A DNA stretch of 64,000 nucleotides from Spirochaetia bacterium (lineage in GTDB: Bacteria > Spirochaetota > Spirochaetia > CADAEX01), in the NCBI GenBank assembly GCA_017446885.1, contig JAFSOR010000009.1, positions 102,159 to 166,158 on the forward strand, written 5' to 3'. The translations under genes were made by a program, and so were the position numbers. The stretch's first letter is position 1. The number at the start of each line of letters is the position of its first letter. Below the pieces are notes generated by a model. The model was not told the DNA's origin. It saw only the letters and a program-made list of their open reading frames with translations, and did no database searches. Positions 29,277 through 38,765 of the stretch are shown here, in pieces.

Positions 29277-30589
29277 AGCAGCTCGTCAATCTGGTCTTCC
29301 TCGTATATAGCCTTTAAGAAATCTTTTCTGGTAAGAATTCCTACCAGCATAGAGTTGTCATCAATCACAGGCATGTGGTTGTACTTGTTCTCAAGGAAAA
29401 CTTTCTCGATATCCCGCATGGTGCTCCTGGCATTTATGGATACCACCTTGGAGTTCATATAAGTTCTTATAGGTGTGTTCAGACAGTTTGCCTTTTCTGC
29501 GTTGCGTACATTCTTGTTGCCCATCATTCCCACCATCTTGCCTTCGCTGTCAACAACAGGGGCGGCAGTGTGCCCTATGGCCTCAAGGTACTCCTTGGCC
29601 TGTGCATTGGTAGAATCCAGTGGAATAGTCTTGACCGGGGTAGTCATTATACTTTCGGCTGTCCTGTCTGGAGGCAGTTTCTGCAGTTCCTCTTTAAGCA
29701 TTAGCGGCACATTCATGCTTCCAGTCTTTTTTATGGTGGCAGAAGCTGCCTTCTCGTGCCCGCCACCGCCCCAGGCCGCCAGTATCCTGTTTACAGGAAC
29801 CGCCTTTTTCCTGCTGCGGGCTATTATGGAGGTGGAGTCGTCGGAGGTGCAGTAGAACATGGCAAAAATAGCATCTGATTTCTCGACTGCAAAAACCTGT
29901 TCCACCACAGCAGCCAGGCCGTTGACCCTCTTGGGCAGCTCCACATAGCTTATACAGACCTCGTGCCCCTTAAGATTGTGGAAATCGAGCCTGTTGAGCA
30001 TGGTGTGGAAATAGGATATCTGGTAGTCGTTCTTAAGGGGCTGCAGGAAAAAGCGTGCAAGCTTCATGGAGGCACCCTGGCTTATCAGATATGAGGCGGC
30101 CTTGAAATCGTCTTCGGTTATGGCATCTATGGTAAAATTCAAGGTGTCAGCATATATGCCGGTCAGGATTATAGTGGCCAGAGCCTCGTCCAGTTTTATG
30201 TTCCTTTCCATAATCTTTAAGACCATGGTAGAGGAATTTGCTCCGTTTTTTACAAAGTTGATCTCTGCTCCCGGAATATCAAAGCCATCGGTAGGGTGAT
30301 GGTCAAATACAGTTATCTTTCCATTCACATGCCCGATTACAGACATATACTCCTTTATACGGTTGGAGGATCGGGTATCCACTACAATCATGTTGTCGAC
30401 ACTCTTATCTTTAAGATCTGTGGTGTGCAGGAACGAAAGCCTGGTTATATAGTACGATACAACGTTGCTGGTCAGTGGATTAAGTATGTCGCTGAGCACT
30501 ATTTCGTAATCGGGGTAGAGCTGCTTGGCCGCAAGCATGGATGCAAGACAGTCTAAGTCGGTGTTGGTATGGCCTACGATGATGTTCAT
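29264..30589 (-). CDS. DHH/DHHA1 phosphoesterase with tandem C-terminal CBS domains
   Basis: N-terminal HTNTDLDCLAS and DHH motif (FDHH); GGGH of DHHA1; two CBS-like repeats at the C-terminus. Confidence 0.7.
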   Translation of the reverse strand: MNIIVGHTNTDLDCLASMLAAKQLYPDYEIVLSDILNPLTSNVVSYYITRLSFLHTTDLKDKSVDNMIVVDTRSSNRIKEYMSVIGHVNGKITVFDHHPTDGFDIPGAEINFVKNGANSSTMVLKIMERNIKLDEALATIILTGIYADTLNFTIDAITEDDFKAASYLISQGASMKLARFFLQPLKNDYQISYFHTMLNRLDFHNLKGHEVCISYVELPKRVNGLAAVVEQVFAVEKSDAIFAMFYCTSDDSTSIIARSRKKAVPVNRILAAWGGGGHEKAASATIKKTGSMNVPLMLKEELQKLPPDRTAESIMTTPVKTIPLDSTNAQAKEYLEAIGHTAAPVVDSEGKMVGMMGNKNVRNAEKANCLNTPIRTYMNSKVVSINARSTMRDIEKVFLENKYNHMPVIDDNSMLVGILTRKDFLKAIYEEDQIDELLQTR

Positions 30590-30654
30590 TATAACAAGTA
30601 TAGATTCCGTATCTTTCGGTTGTCAAGGTTCAATAATTGATTTAGTATGATGAT

Positions 30655-31038
30655 ATGAGAAAGATTTTACTCATCTTTTCTGTATTTCTTGCTCTTTCCG
30701 GCTGTTCAAAAGCTAAACGGACATCCGAATTCCCAGACATCAGGCTGCCGCTTTCTTCAGACCTGGTCACCAGCTTATCCTACGGCTCTCCAAAAGGGGA
30801 TTTCATTAGGGTCAGAGAGAACCCCGACCGGGACTCAAAGGCTATTACAATGCTTTGGCATGGCAACATCTTCGAGATATTCACCAAGACAGGCGACAGC
30901 GAAGTAATAGATGGGATAGAGGATTTCTGGTACATGATAAAGTACGAAGGAATCGAGGGCTGGGTCTTTGGTGCAGAGATTGAGCTTTTTGAGGATTTAC
31001 AAAAAGCTGAAAAGTGGGTAAAATTGACACATGAGTAG
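30655..31038 (+). CDS. SH3-domain lipoprotein
   Basis: lipobox LALSGCS; bacterial SH3-like segment (GWVFGAEIE). Confidence 0.5.
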   Translation: MRKILLIFSVFLALSGCSKAKRTSEFPDIRLPLSSDLVTSLSYGSPKGDFIRVRENPDRDSKAITMLWHGNIFEIFTKTGDSEVIDGIEDFWYMIKYEGIEGWVFGAEIELFEDLQKAEKWVKLTHE

Positions 31039-32128
31039 AAAAATCTGTTTTACTGGGGGAGGGACAGCAGGACATGTTTTTCCAGGCATCTCTGTCATAG
31101 AATCTCTCTGCTCCCGATATAATTACAAAAAAGAAGACTTTATTTGGATTGGCTCCAAGTCAGGAATGGAGCGGAAACTGGTCGAAGAGGCTGGAATCGA
31201 GTTTAAAGGAATACTTTCGGGAAAGCTTAGGCGCTACTTCTCCCTGCAAAATTTTGTTGATATTTTTAAAATTACACTTGGAATAGTACAGGCATTTTGC
31301 ATACTTTTTAAAGTACACCCACAAATAATCTTTTCGAAAGGGGGATATGTAAGTGTTCCTCCAGTACTGGCTGGAAAACTTTTAGGAATACCTGTAATTA
31401 CCCATGAATCAGATTATACCCCTGGTCTTGCAACTAAAATAAACGCTAATTTCTCAAGAAAAATACTCCTTTCTGTGGAAGAGACACGCAAGTACTTAAA
31501 GCCCAAATTCCATGATAAATGCGTTGTGGTCGGAAACCCTGTCCGGAGCAAGTTCTATAATGGAGATGCCCAGAAAGGGCTTGCATTCTTGGGATTCGAC
31601 ACACGTAAGCCTCTAATTTTTGTTGTAGGCGGAAGCCAGGGAAGCGGCGAGATAAACCAGCTTATATGGGAAATACGCAAACCTCTTGCCGAAAAGTACT
31701 ATATAGCTCATCAGGTGGGGGCTAATTCCACCATAGGAAAACCCGATGTGCCAGGCTATGTCCAGATTCCTTTTATAAAAGAGGAGATGGCCGACGTAAT
31801 AGCTGCATCTTCCCTGGTTGTCACCAGGGCGGGTGCCGGCTCCCTGTGGGAGCTTTCTGCCGTGGGCAGAGCTGCCCTCTTAATTCCATTAAGGGGCAGT
31901 GGCACCCGGGGCGACCAGGTAAAGAATGCACTCTATTTCAAGGAGCAGAATGCTGCCGCTGTACTTATGGAAGACACAATCAAAAGTCAGGACCTGCTGG
32001 CCGAGATAGAGAGCATCGTTGGAACAGAGAGAGGCAGGGAGCTTAGTGTCAAAATGGCCCAGATGGCCAAAAAAGACTCAGCTGACTCTATAGCGTATCA
32101 AATTGTCACACTTATTGGTAAGGATTGA
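31031..32128 (+). CDS. murG: UDP-N-acetylglucosamine--N-acetylmuramyl-(pentapeptide) pyrophosphoryl-undecaprenol N-acetylglucosamine transferase
   Basis: N-terminal G-loop GGGTAGHVFPG; 365 aa GT28 architecture. Confidence 0.9.
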   Translation: MSRKICFTGGGTAGHVFPGISVIESLCSRYNYKKEDFIWIGSKSGMERKLVEEAGIEFKGILSGKLRRYFSLQNFVDIFKITLGIVQAFCILFKVHPQIIFSKGGYVSVPPVLAGKLLGIPVITHESDYTPGLATKINANFSRKILLSVEETRKYLKPKFHDKCVVVGNPVRSKFYNGDAQKGLAFLGFDTRKPLIFVVGGSQGSGEINQLIWEIRKPLAEKYYIAHQVGANSTIGKPDVPGYVQIPFIKEEMADVIAASSLVVTRAGAGSLWELSAVGRAALLIPLRGSGTRGDQVKNALYFKEQNAAAVLMEDTIKSQDLLAEIESIVGTERGRELSVKMAQMAKKDSADSIAYQIVTLIGKD

Positions 32129-32131
32129 ACT

Positions 32132-32644
32132 ATGAACTTTGCTGACCTTTTATTTCTGCTTATTGCTTTATTTTTTGTTATCAAAGGATTTTTCAGAGGC
32201 TTTATCTCTGAATTCATGTCCATGGCTGCCCTGATTTTAGGTCTTTTGGCCGCAATGCTCTTAAGAGCACAGGTCTCTGGGTTTCTCAAGGATATGATTA
32301 AAAACGATACTTTGCGTCTAATAGTTGCATTCTTCCTTGTCTTTATAGGCACATACATCCTGGTCAAGCTTTTGGAGATGCTGCTCCATAATGCTATAGA
32401 GGCAATAAAGATGAACAGCCTGGATCGGCTTCTGGGGCTTGTGTGGGGGCTTTTGGAGACTTCGGTCATAGTCCTGATTGCCGTTTACTTTATCTATTCC
32501 TTGAAATTCAAGGCCGGCATCTCGTTCCTCGAGGACAGCGTAGTTGCCAAGTATGCCAGGGATTTCCTTGAGGGGCTGAATATCGGAGACTTTAACCTTG
32601 ATAAGGTGAAGGATCTGCCAGGAGTGATTAAGAAAAATGTTTGA
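32132..32644 (+). CDS. cvpA: CvpA-family membrane protein
   Basis: 170 aa, 4 TM; conserved position downstream of murG. Confidence 0.65.
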   Translation: MNFADLLFLLIALFFVIKGFFRGFISEFMSMAALILGLLAAMLLRAQVSGFLKDMIKNDTLRLIVAFFLVFIGTYILVKLLEMLLHNAIEAIKMNSLDRLLGLVWGLLETSVIVLIAVYFIYSLKFKAGISFLEDSVVAKYARDFLEGLNIGDFNLDKVKDLPGVIKKNV

Positions 32645-33815
32645 GAACATAATAGGGCATAGACAGACTGTAGAGCTACTTAAAGAGCAGGTTTCCCATA
32701 ACCAGCTGCCCGGCTCCATACTTATAGAGGGCCCCCGGTATGCAGGAAAGCTTACTCTGGCCCTTGAGCTGGCCCGTGCTCTGACCTGCACCGGGGACAG
32801 AAGCTGGAACTGCCGCTGCCCCAGCTGCCGCAGCCAGAAGCTCCTTGTCCATCCCGATACCCTGATTCTTGGATACGACAATTTTATGGAAGAGATATCG
32901 GTAGCTCACCAGCTTCTGTCTAATAACGACCAGATATATACCCGATACCTTTTCATTCGTAGCGTGCGAAAGCTCTTACGGCGGTTTGACCCTGTATTCT
33001 ACGACGAGAAAGAGACCAAGTTTAAAAAGGTACAGCCACTCCTTTCATTCTTGGAAGAGGCCCTTGGCAGCATAAATCCAGATGATCTTTCTGCCTCTTT
33101 GAAACCCAAGCTTCTGGACAGCATTGCAGATAATGCGGCAGACCTGGCCAAAGAGCTTAACCTTTCAACCATACCTGTAAACCAGATACGTAAGGTTACA
33201 TTCTGGGCTCATACAAGTACAACAGAAAACCGCAAGGTGGTAATTATCGAGAATGCCGAGAAGATGAACGACAGTGCCCGTAACAGCATGCTCAAGATTT
33301 TAGAGGAACCCCCGGCCAATTGTTTCTTCATATTCCTCTCTTCCCGTACTGGCGAGATTATACCTACAATCCGCTCCAGGCTCCGCAGTTATCCTTTAAA
33401 GGAGCGCACCGCCGAGGAAGATGGCAAGGTGCTCAGCCTTATATTCCGTGAGAACAGCGGCCTATTCAGCTCTATCTCAAGCTATTTCGACAGCTTTGAC
33501 CCCGATGTGGAAAAGCTTTCAGAGCTTGCAGGGCAGTTCCTTTCTTACTATCTGGCCGATTCTAAATCAGATGAGCTAAAAAACCAGCTTATTCTGGCTT
33601 TAAGGGATATAAAAGGGGAGTCGGTAAAAGTCTTTCTGGAAAAACTGCTGGAACATGCTCGCGCAGCTCTTACAGGGGCTGTATTCGGCACAACGCATAA
33701 ATTAGAAATGCTTTCAAGACGCCTTGACCAGATATGGTTCGACTTTGAAAGCCTAAACATGAATCCTCAGCTTCTGTTTGAATATCTTCTGTATGATAAA
33801 GGGGGGAATATATGA
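32637..33815 (+). CDS. holB: DNA polymerase III delta-prime subunit
   Basis: AAA+ clamp-loader motifs (GPRYAGK, Zn-module CTGDRSWNCRCPSC, SRC-like SRL). Confidence 0.75.
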   Translation: MFENIIGHRQTVELLKEQVSHNQLPGSILIEGPRYAGKLTLALELARALTCTGDRSWNCRCPSCRSQKLLVHPDTLILGYDNFMEEISVAHQLLSNNDQIYTRYLFIRSVRKLLRRFDPVFYDEKETKFKKVQPLLSFLEEALGSINPDDLSASLKPKLLDSIADNAADLAKELNLSTIPVNQIRKVTFWAHTSTTENRKVVIIENAEKMNDSARNSMLKILEEPPANCFFIFLSSRTGEIIPTIRSRLRSYPLKERTAEEDGKVLSLIFRENSGLFSSISSYFDSFDPDVEKLSELAGQFLSYYLADSKSDELKNQLILALRDIKGESVKVFLEKLLEHARAALTGAVFGTTHKLEMLSRRLDQIWFDFESLNMNPQLLFEYLLYDKGGNI

Positions 33816-35005
33816 GAAATTTTGTGACAGCAGCACTCAGAAAGACCCGTAACCTGGCTCCCGAGGAAAAAGTTGCAATCTACGAAGAGCTCCTTAAGAA
33901 CATAGCACTTGATGATGACATGATGATAATGGTGCTGGATGCCCTTTCCACCGGCGTGGCAGTGGCAGACCAGGAACATAAGGTTTTTTTCATGAACCGC
34001 TATCTTGCAAACCTTGTGCGCTCTAAAAAGCCCGAGCAGTCTGTCCTGGTGTGGGATATCTTTGCACATCAGGATATATCTGATTTCATACGGAGCACTG
34101 TTTTAGCAGGGAAAAAACGGACATCAAGCATATTCGATTACAGCATAGAAGATAAGCATTTTTTCATCGAGGTTACTGTCTCTATGCTCCAGCATCCCGA
34201 CGGCAGGACTGGCCATATAATAAACATTGCCAATGTTACAGAACGGGAGAGGGAAAAAAGCGACAAGAAAAGAAAAGAGAGCTTTGCCTCCCTTACAGCC
34301 CTTACTGCAGGTGTTGCCCACGAGCTTAAGAACCCGCTGGGCAGCATGAGCATATATCTTCAGCTTATGGAGAGACAGCTTCAGAAACCGTCTGCCTTTG
34401 AAGATATCCAGGCCTGCCGCGACAGCCTTATATCCAAGATTAAGGTGCTTGAGGGAGAGGTTGAGCGGCTTAACAGCATTGTGGTGGACTTCCTTTCCAC
34501 AGTGCGCCCGCGTAATGCAAATCTTATGGAAGAAGACCTTAACCAGATAATAAAGGATTCTGTCGAGATAATGATTCCAGACCTTGAGCAGCATAATATT
34601 GTCCTTAAGATGGATCTTGAGGAGAACCTGCCGTACCTTATGCTGGACCGGGGCTTTATCCGTCAGGTGCTTACAAACCTGGTTGCCAATGCAAAGGATG
34701 CCATGAAAGAGCTTGGCAGCGGTACACTGACTATCTCCACCAAGAAAAACAGCGACTTTGTCATACTGAGCGTGGCAGACACAGGAACCGGAATTCCGCA
34801 GGAAAACCTTACCAAGATTTTCGACCCGTACTTTACAACCAAGAAGAGCGGCACAGGAATAGGCCTTACCCTGGTCTACAAGATAATACGCGGGATGGGC
34901 GGTGACATAAGCGTAAATTCTAAGCAGGGTGCAGGAACCACCTTCAGTATTACATTGCCGCGCATGGAAAAAGAGATTAAACAGATTGAATGGGAGACAA
35001 AATGA
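33812..35005 (+). CDS. sensor histidine kinase (PAS-like + HisKA + HATPase_c)
   Basis: H-box AHELKNPL; N/G1/G2 boxes (NLVANAKDA, DTGTGI, GTGIGL). Confidence 0.8.
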   Translation: MRNFVTAALRKTRNLAPEEKVAIYEELLKNIALDDDMMIMVLDALSTGVAVADQEHKVFFMNRYLANLVRSKKPEQSVLVWDIFAHQDISDFIRSTVLAGKKRTSSIFDYSIEDKHFFIEVTVSMLQHPDGRTGHIINIANVTEREREKSDKKRKESFASLTALTAGVAHELKNPLGSMSIYLQLMERQLQKPSAFEDIQACRDSLISKIKVLEGEVERLNSIVVDFLSTVRPRNANLMEEDLNQIIKDSVEIMIPDLEQHNIVLKMDLEENLPYLMLDRGFIRQVLTNLVANAKDAMKELGSGTLTISTKKNSDFVILSVADTGTGIPQENLTKIFDPYFTTKKSGTGIGLTLVYKIIRGMGGDISVNSKQGAGTTFSITLPRMEKEIKQIEWETK

Positions 35006-36351
35006 AGTTCAATATCCTGGTTGCAGACGATGAAGCCAATATCCGCCGTGGTCTTGCCATGGGGCTTACAGACGAAGGCTATAATGTATATGAGGCTGGA
35101 GACGGTCTTGAGGCGCTTAAGATAATAGGGGCCAAAGATGTGGATCTGGTCATAACCGACCTTAAAATGCCCGAGATGACAGGCGAGGAGCTTCTGAAGC
35201 ACATAACCGCAAACTATAAGAATATCCCTGTCATTATCCTTACAGGACACGGAACTATAGAGACTGCCGTGCAGATGATGCATGACGGAGCCTACGACTT
35301 TATGACCAAACCCCTAAATCTGGACCACCTTTTCCTGATTATAAAACGGGCTCTTTCCAACAGGCAGCTTGTTCTTGAGCACGATGCCCTGCAGGCTCAA
35401 CTTGATAAGATGAAGGCCTCAAGCCGGATGATTGTGGGAAAAAGCCCCAAGATGCGCCAGATTATGGAGACCGTTGAGCAGGTGGCTGGAACCCGGGCAT
35501 CAATCCTGCTTACAGGCGAGAGCGGTGTCGGAAAAGAGGTTATAGCCGATGCTATACAGGCTCTTTCGGACCGGCGTGACAAACCTTTTATAAAGGTGCA
35601 CTGTGCTGCCCTTGCAGAAGGGGTTCTTGAAAGCGAGCTGTTCGGCCACGAGAAAGGATCGTTCACCGGTGCCATTGCCCGAAAGAAAGGAAAGTTCGAG
35701 CTTGCCGACAAAGGAACTATCTTTTTGGACGAGATTGGCGAGATAAACCAGAGCATTCAGGTCAAGCTGCTACGCATAATACAGGAACGCGAGTTTGAGC
35801 GGGTAGGTGGCGAGGAGACTGTAAAGGTCGATGTCAGGATAATATCTGCCACAAACAAGAACCTGCAGCAGGAGGTCCAGAAAGGCAACTTCCGCGAAGA
35901 CCTGTTCTACCGCCTTAATGTAGTCAATATAGAGATACCGCCGCTAAGAGAACGCAAGGAGGATATTCTCCTTATGGCCACCGCATTCTTAAACCGGTTT
36001 GCAAAGGAGAATGGCAAAGAGATATCCGGCATGGACTCTAAGGTCATGGCAATTCTTTATAACCATCCGTGGCGTGGCAATATAAGGGAGCTTGAGAACT
36101 GCATGGAGAACGCTGTCATAATGTGCAAGGGCAATATTATTTCGGTAGACGACCTGCCATTTGCAATGCGTAAAGAAGCTGGCGACAACTTTGTTAAGAT
36201 AAAGCTTGGCACCACGCTGGACAATGCAGAAAAAACCCTTATTATGGCTACACTTGATATGTGCAAGGGGAATAAGAGCAAGGCGGCCGAGGTGCTGGCT
36301 ATAGGAAGAAAGACACTGCACCGCAAGCTGGACGAATATGCAGAGAATTGA
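34990..36351 (+). CDS. sigma-54-dependent response regulator (NtrC family)
   Basis: REC domain; AAA+ sigma54-activation domain GESGVGKE and GAFTGA-like motif; C-terminal Fis-type HTH. Confidence 0.9.
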   Translation: MGDKMKFNILVADDEANIRRGLAMGLTDEGYNVYEAGDGLEALKIIGAKDVDLVITDLKMPEMTGEELLKHITANYKNIPVIILTGHGTIETAVQMMHDGAYDFMTKPLNLDHLFLIIKRALSNRQLVLEHDALQAQLDKMKASSRMIVGKSPKMRQIMETVEQVAGTRASILLTGESGVGKEVIADAIQALSDRRDKPFIKVHCAALAEGVLESELFGHEKGSFTGAIARKKGKFELADKGTIFLDEIGEINQSIQVKLLRIIQEREFERVGGEETVKVDVRIISATNKNLQQEVQKGNFREDLFYRLNVVNIEIPPLRERKEDILLMATAFLNRFAKENGKEISGMDSKVMAILYNHPWRGNIRELENCMENAVIMCKGNIISVDDLPFAMRKEAGDNFVKIKLGTTLDNAEKTLIMATLDMCKGNKSKAAEVLAIGRKTLHRKLDEYAEN

Positions 36352-38761
36352 AGACTACTTTACCCCCGAGATGATACGTTTCCTCCGCACCTCCATAGAG
36401 GAGGCCGAAGGGAATGAGGTCCTTTTCTCAGGCAAGGCCAACAAGGATGGCATTGTAGATGAGATTATCCTGGCTGCCCGGGGCAAGGAGGACACTGTCC
36501 CTGTCATAGAATCGGTGATAGATTTTGGCGATGTCCTTATACACAACCATCCAAACGGCTATCTTAAGCCCAGCGAGGCAGACCTGGATGTGGCAGGGCG
36601 TCTGGGGCGGCACGGAATAGGGGCATACATAATAGACAACCAGGCCACCAGGCTATATGTGGTGGCAGAGATAATAAGGAGCAACAAGACACAGCCCCTG
36701 GATATAGACAAGACAGCATCGTACCTGGAAGATGGCGGTGCTTTATCACAGAGTGTGGAAAACTATGAATCAAGACCCCAGCAGATAGACTTCCTAAAGG
36801 CTGTGTGCAGCTCTTTCAACAAAGACAACATAACAATAGCCGAGGCTGGAACCGGTGTGGGCAAATCCTTTGCATATCTTATCCCGGCATTCAAATGGGC
36901 CGAAAAAAACAAAGAACGAGTAATCATATCAACCGGCACCATAAACCTGCAGCACCAGCTATTAGAGAAAGATATTCCTGTCATTCAAAAATTGCTGGGA
37001 AGCAAACTTAAAGCTGTCCTTGTAAAAGGAAGGCAGAACTATATATGTCTTAGGCGGTTCAACGACAGAGCACAGGAGGCAAGCCTCTTTGACACTGAGG
37101 ATGATTTCAAGGCGATTGAGAAGTGGCTTACTGTGACCAAGACCGGCGAGCGTAGCGATCTTTCATTCTTTCCAAGCTGGGAGCTGTGGAGCGACATTTG
37201 CTCCGAAAGCGAAAGCTGCCTGGGTATAAAGTGTCCGTACAGGGAAAAGTGTTTTGTAATCCGAAGCCGCAAAGAGGCCACCGGAGCCAGCATAATAGTG
37301 GTGAACCATCATCTTCTGTTCTCTGATATGGAGGCAAGGATGGAGGATGACTTCAACGGAACCAGCATTCTGCCTAATTATTCAAGGGTAATTTTTGATG
37401 AGGCCCATAACCTTGAGAACGCGGCCACATCCTACTTCTCGCAGAGCGTTAACAAGGGCTATATACTCAAGATAATGCACCAGATATACCGCAGGATAAA
37501 GGACCGGGTTTTAGGACTCTACCGATTCTGGAGCTACTATACCGAGCAGAAGGATAAACTTGAGAGCATTCCTCAGCAGATAGCTGTAATACTGTCCAGA
37601 ACCGATGACCTTGAGAAAGTGGTTCAGGCCAATGTGCTTATGAACGACAACTCATCTGTCCTTGATATGAGGAGTGATGCCATAAATGCTTCCGATATCT
37701 ACGCTGCTGTAGCCAATGTACGTAACGAGATAAATGACCTTTTCAACACAGTCACCGATATCCAGGAGGAGCTTTCCAAGATTCCCGATAAAGAGGTCAA
37801 GAACGACAAGCGTATGTACGAGTCCTCCATAGTCAAGAACAAGCTCAGCGGCATAATAAGCATGCTCAATGACTTTATTGCAAACCAGGACACCTGCATC
37901 AACTATATAGAGAAAGGAAAAAAGTATTCATCCCTGTTCATAGCACCCCTTTCGGTATCCGAGACACTGCGCGAGATTATATTCAACAAGCTGTCTAACG
38001 TGGTGCTGGTATCTGCCACACTGAGCGTGAACAAGAGCTTCGAGTTCTATGCCACACGGATAGGGCTGCATGATGTTGAGCGGCCTGTTGCTAGGTTTAT
38101 CTTTGACTCTCCGTTTGAGTATAAGAAGAACGTGCTGCTTTCCATTCCATCGGATCTGCCAGAACCCAAGAGCGCCGATTACAGCCATAAGCTTTCTGAC
38201 CTTATAAAGAATGTTCTTATAATCTCGGAAGGCAAGGGGCTTGTGCTGTTTACATCCTATTCTATGCTCAAGACAGTCTACGACCTGGTGCGGGACGATT
38301 TTTCGCAGGCAGGAATAACACTTTTCAAACAAGGGGACGATGACAACAAGAAGCTTTTGGGAAACTTCTTTATAAATAAAAACAGCGTCCTGTTCGCCAC
38401 CGACTCATTCTGGGAAGGGGTGGATGTGCCTGGCGAATCCCTTTCTGTCCTTATAATCTGCCGGCTTCCTTTCAAGGTACCGTCTGACCCCGTAATAAAG
38501 GCCAGGATGGAGCTTATAGAGAAAAACGGGGGCAACTCATTTATGGAGTATTCGCTTCCAGAGGCTGTAATAAAGCTGCGTCAAGGGTTCGGCAGGCTTA
38601 TACGCCGTAAAAGCGACAGGGGGGTGATTCTTATCACCGACACCCGGATATTGACTAAATTTTATGGTAAGATTTTCTTCAATTCTCTCCCGGAAACCAG
38701 GAGAGATATTACATCATCAGATAGGATTTGTCTTAAGATAGAGGATTTCCTCTATCCATAA
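36338..38761 (+). CDS. DinG/XPD-family Fe-S DNA helicase with N-terminal RadC-like JAB/JAMM domain
   Basis: JAMM motif HNHPNGYLKPSEADL (HxHx7Sx2D) in the first ~110 aa; then Walker A AGTGVGKS, DEAHNL box, and an Fe-S module with four Cys (CLRRF...CSESESCLGIKCPYREKC). Confidence 0.8.
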   Translation: MQRIEDYFTPEMIRFLRTSIEEAEGNEVLFSGKANKDGIVDEIILAARGKEDTVPVIESVIDFGDVLIHNHPNGYLKPSEADLDVAGRLGRHGIGAYIIDNQATRLYVVAEIIRSNKTQPLDIDKTASYLEDGGALSQSVENYESRPQQIDFLKAVCSSFNKDNITIAEAGTGVGKSFAYLIPAFKWAEKNKERVIISTGTINLQHQLLEKDIPVIQKLLGSKLKAVLVKGRQNYICLRRFNDRAQEASLFDTEDDFKAIEKWLTVTKTGERSDLSFFPSWELWSDICSESESCLGIKCPYREKCFVIRSRKEATGASIIVVNHHLLFSDMEARMEDDFNGTSILPNYSRVIFDEAHNLENAATSYFSQSVNKGYILKIMHQIYRRIKDRVLGLYRFWSYYTEQKDKLESIPQQIAVILSRTDDLEKVVQANVLMNDNSSVLDMRSDAINASDIYAAVANVRNEINDLFNTVTDIQEELSKIPDKEVKNDKRMYESSIVKNKLSGIISMLNDFIANQDTCINYIEKGKKYSSLFIAPLSVSETLREIIFNKLSNVVLVSATLSVNKSFEFYATRIGLHDVERPVARFIFDSPFEYKKNVLLSIPSDLPEPKSADYSHKLSDLIKNVLIISEGKGLVLFTSYSMLKTVYDLVRDDFSQAGITLFKQGDDDNKKLLGNFFINKNSVLFATDSFWEGVDVPGESLSVLIICRLPFKVPSDPVIKARMELIEKNGGNSFMEYSLPEAVIKLRQGFGRLIRRKSDRGVILITDTRILTKFYGKIFFNSLPETRRDITSSDRICLKIEDFLYP

Positions 38762-38765
38762 ATAA

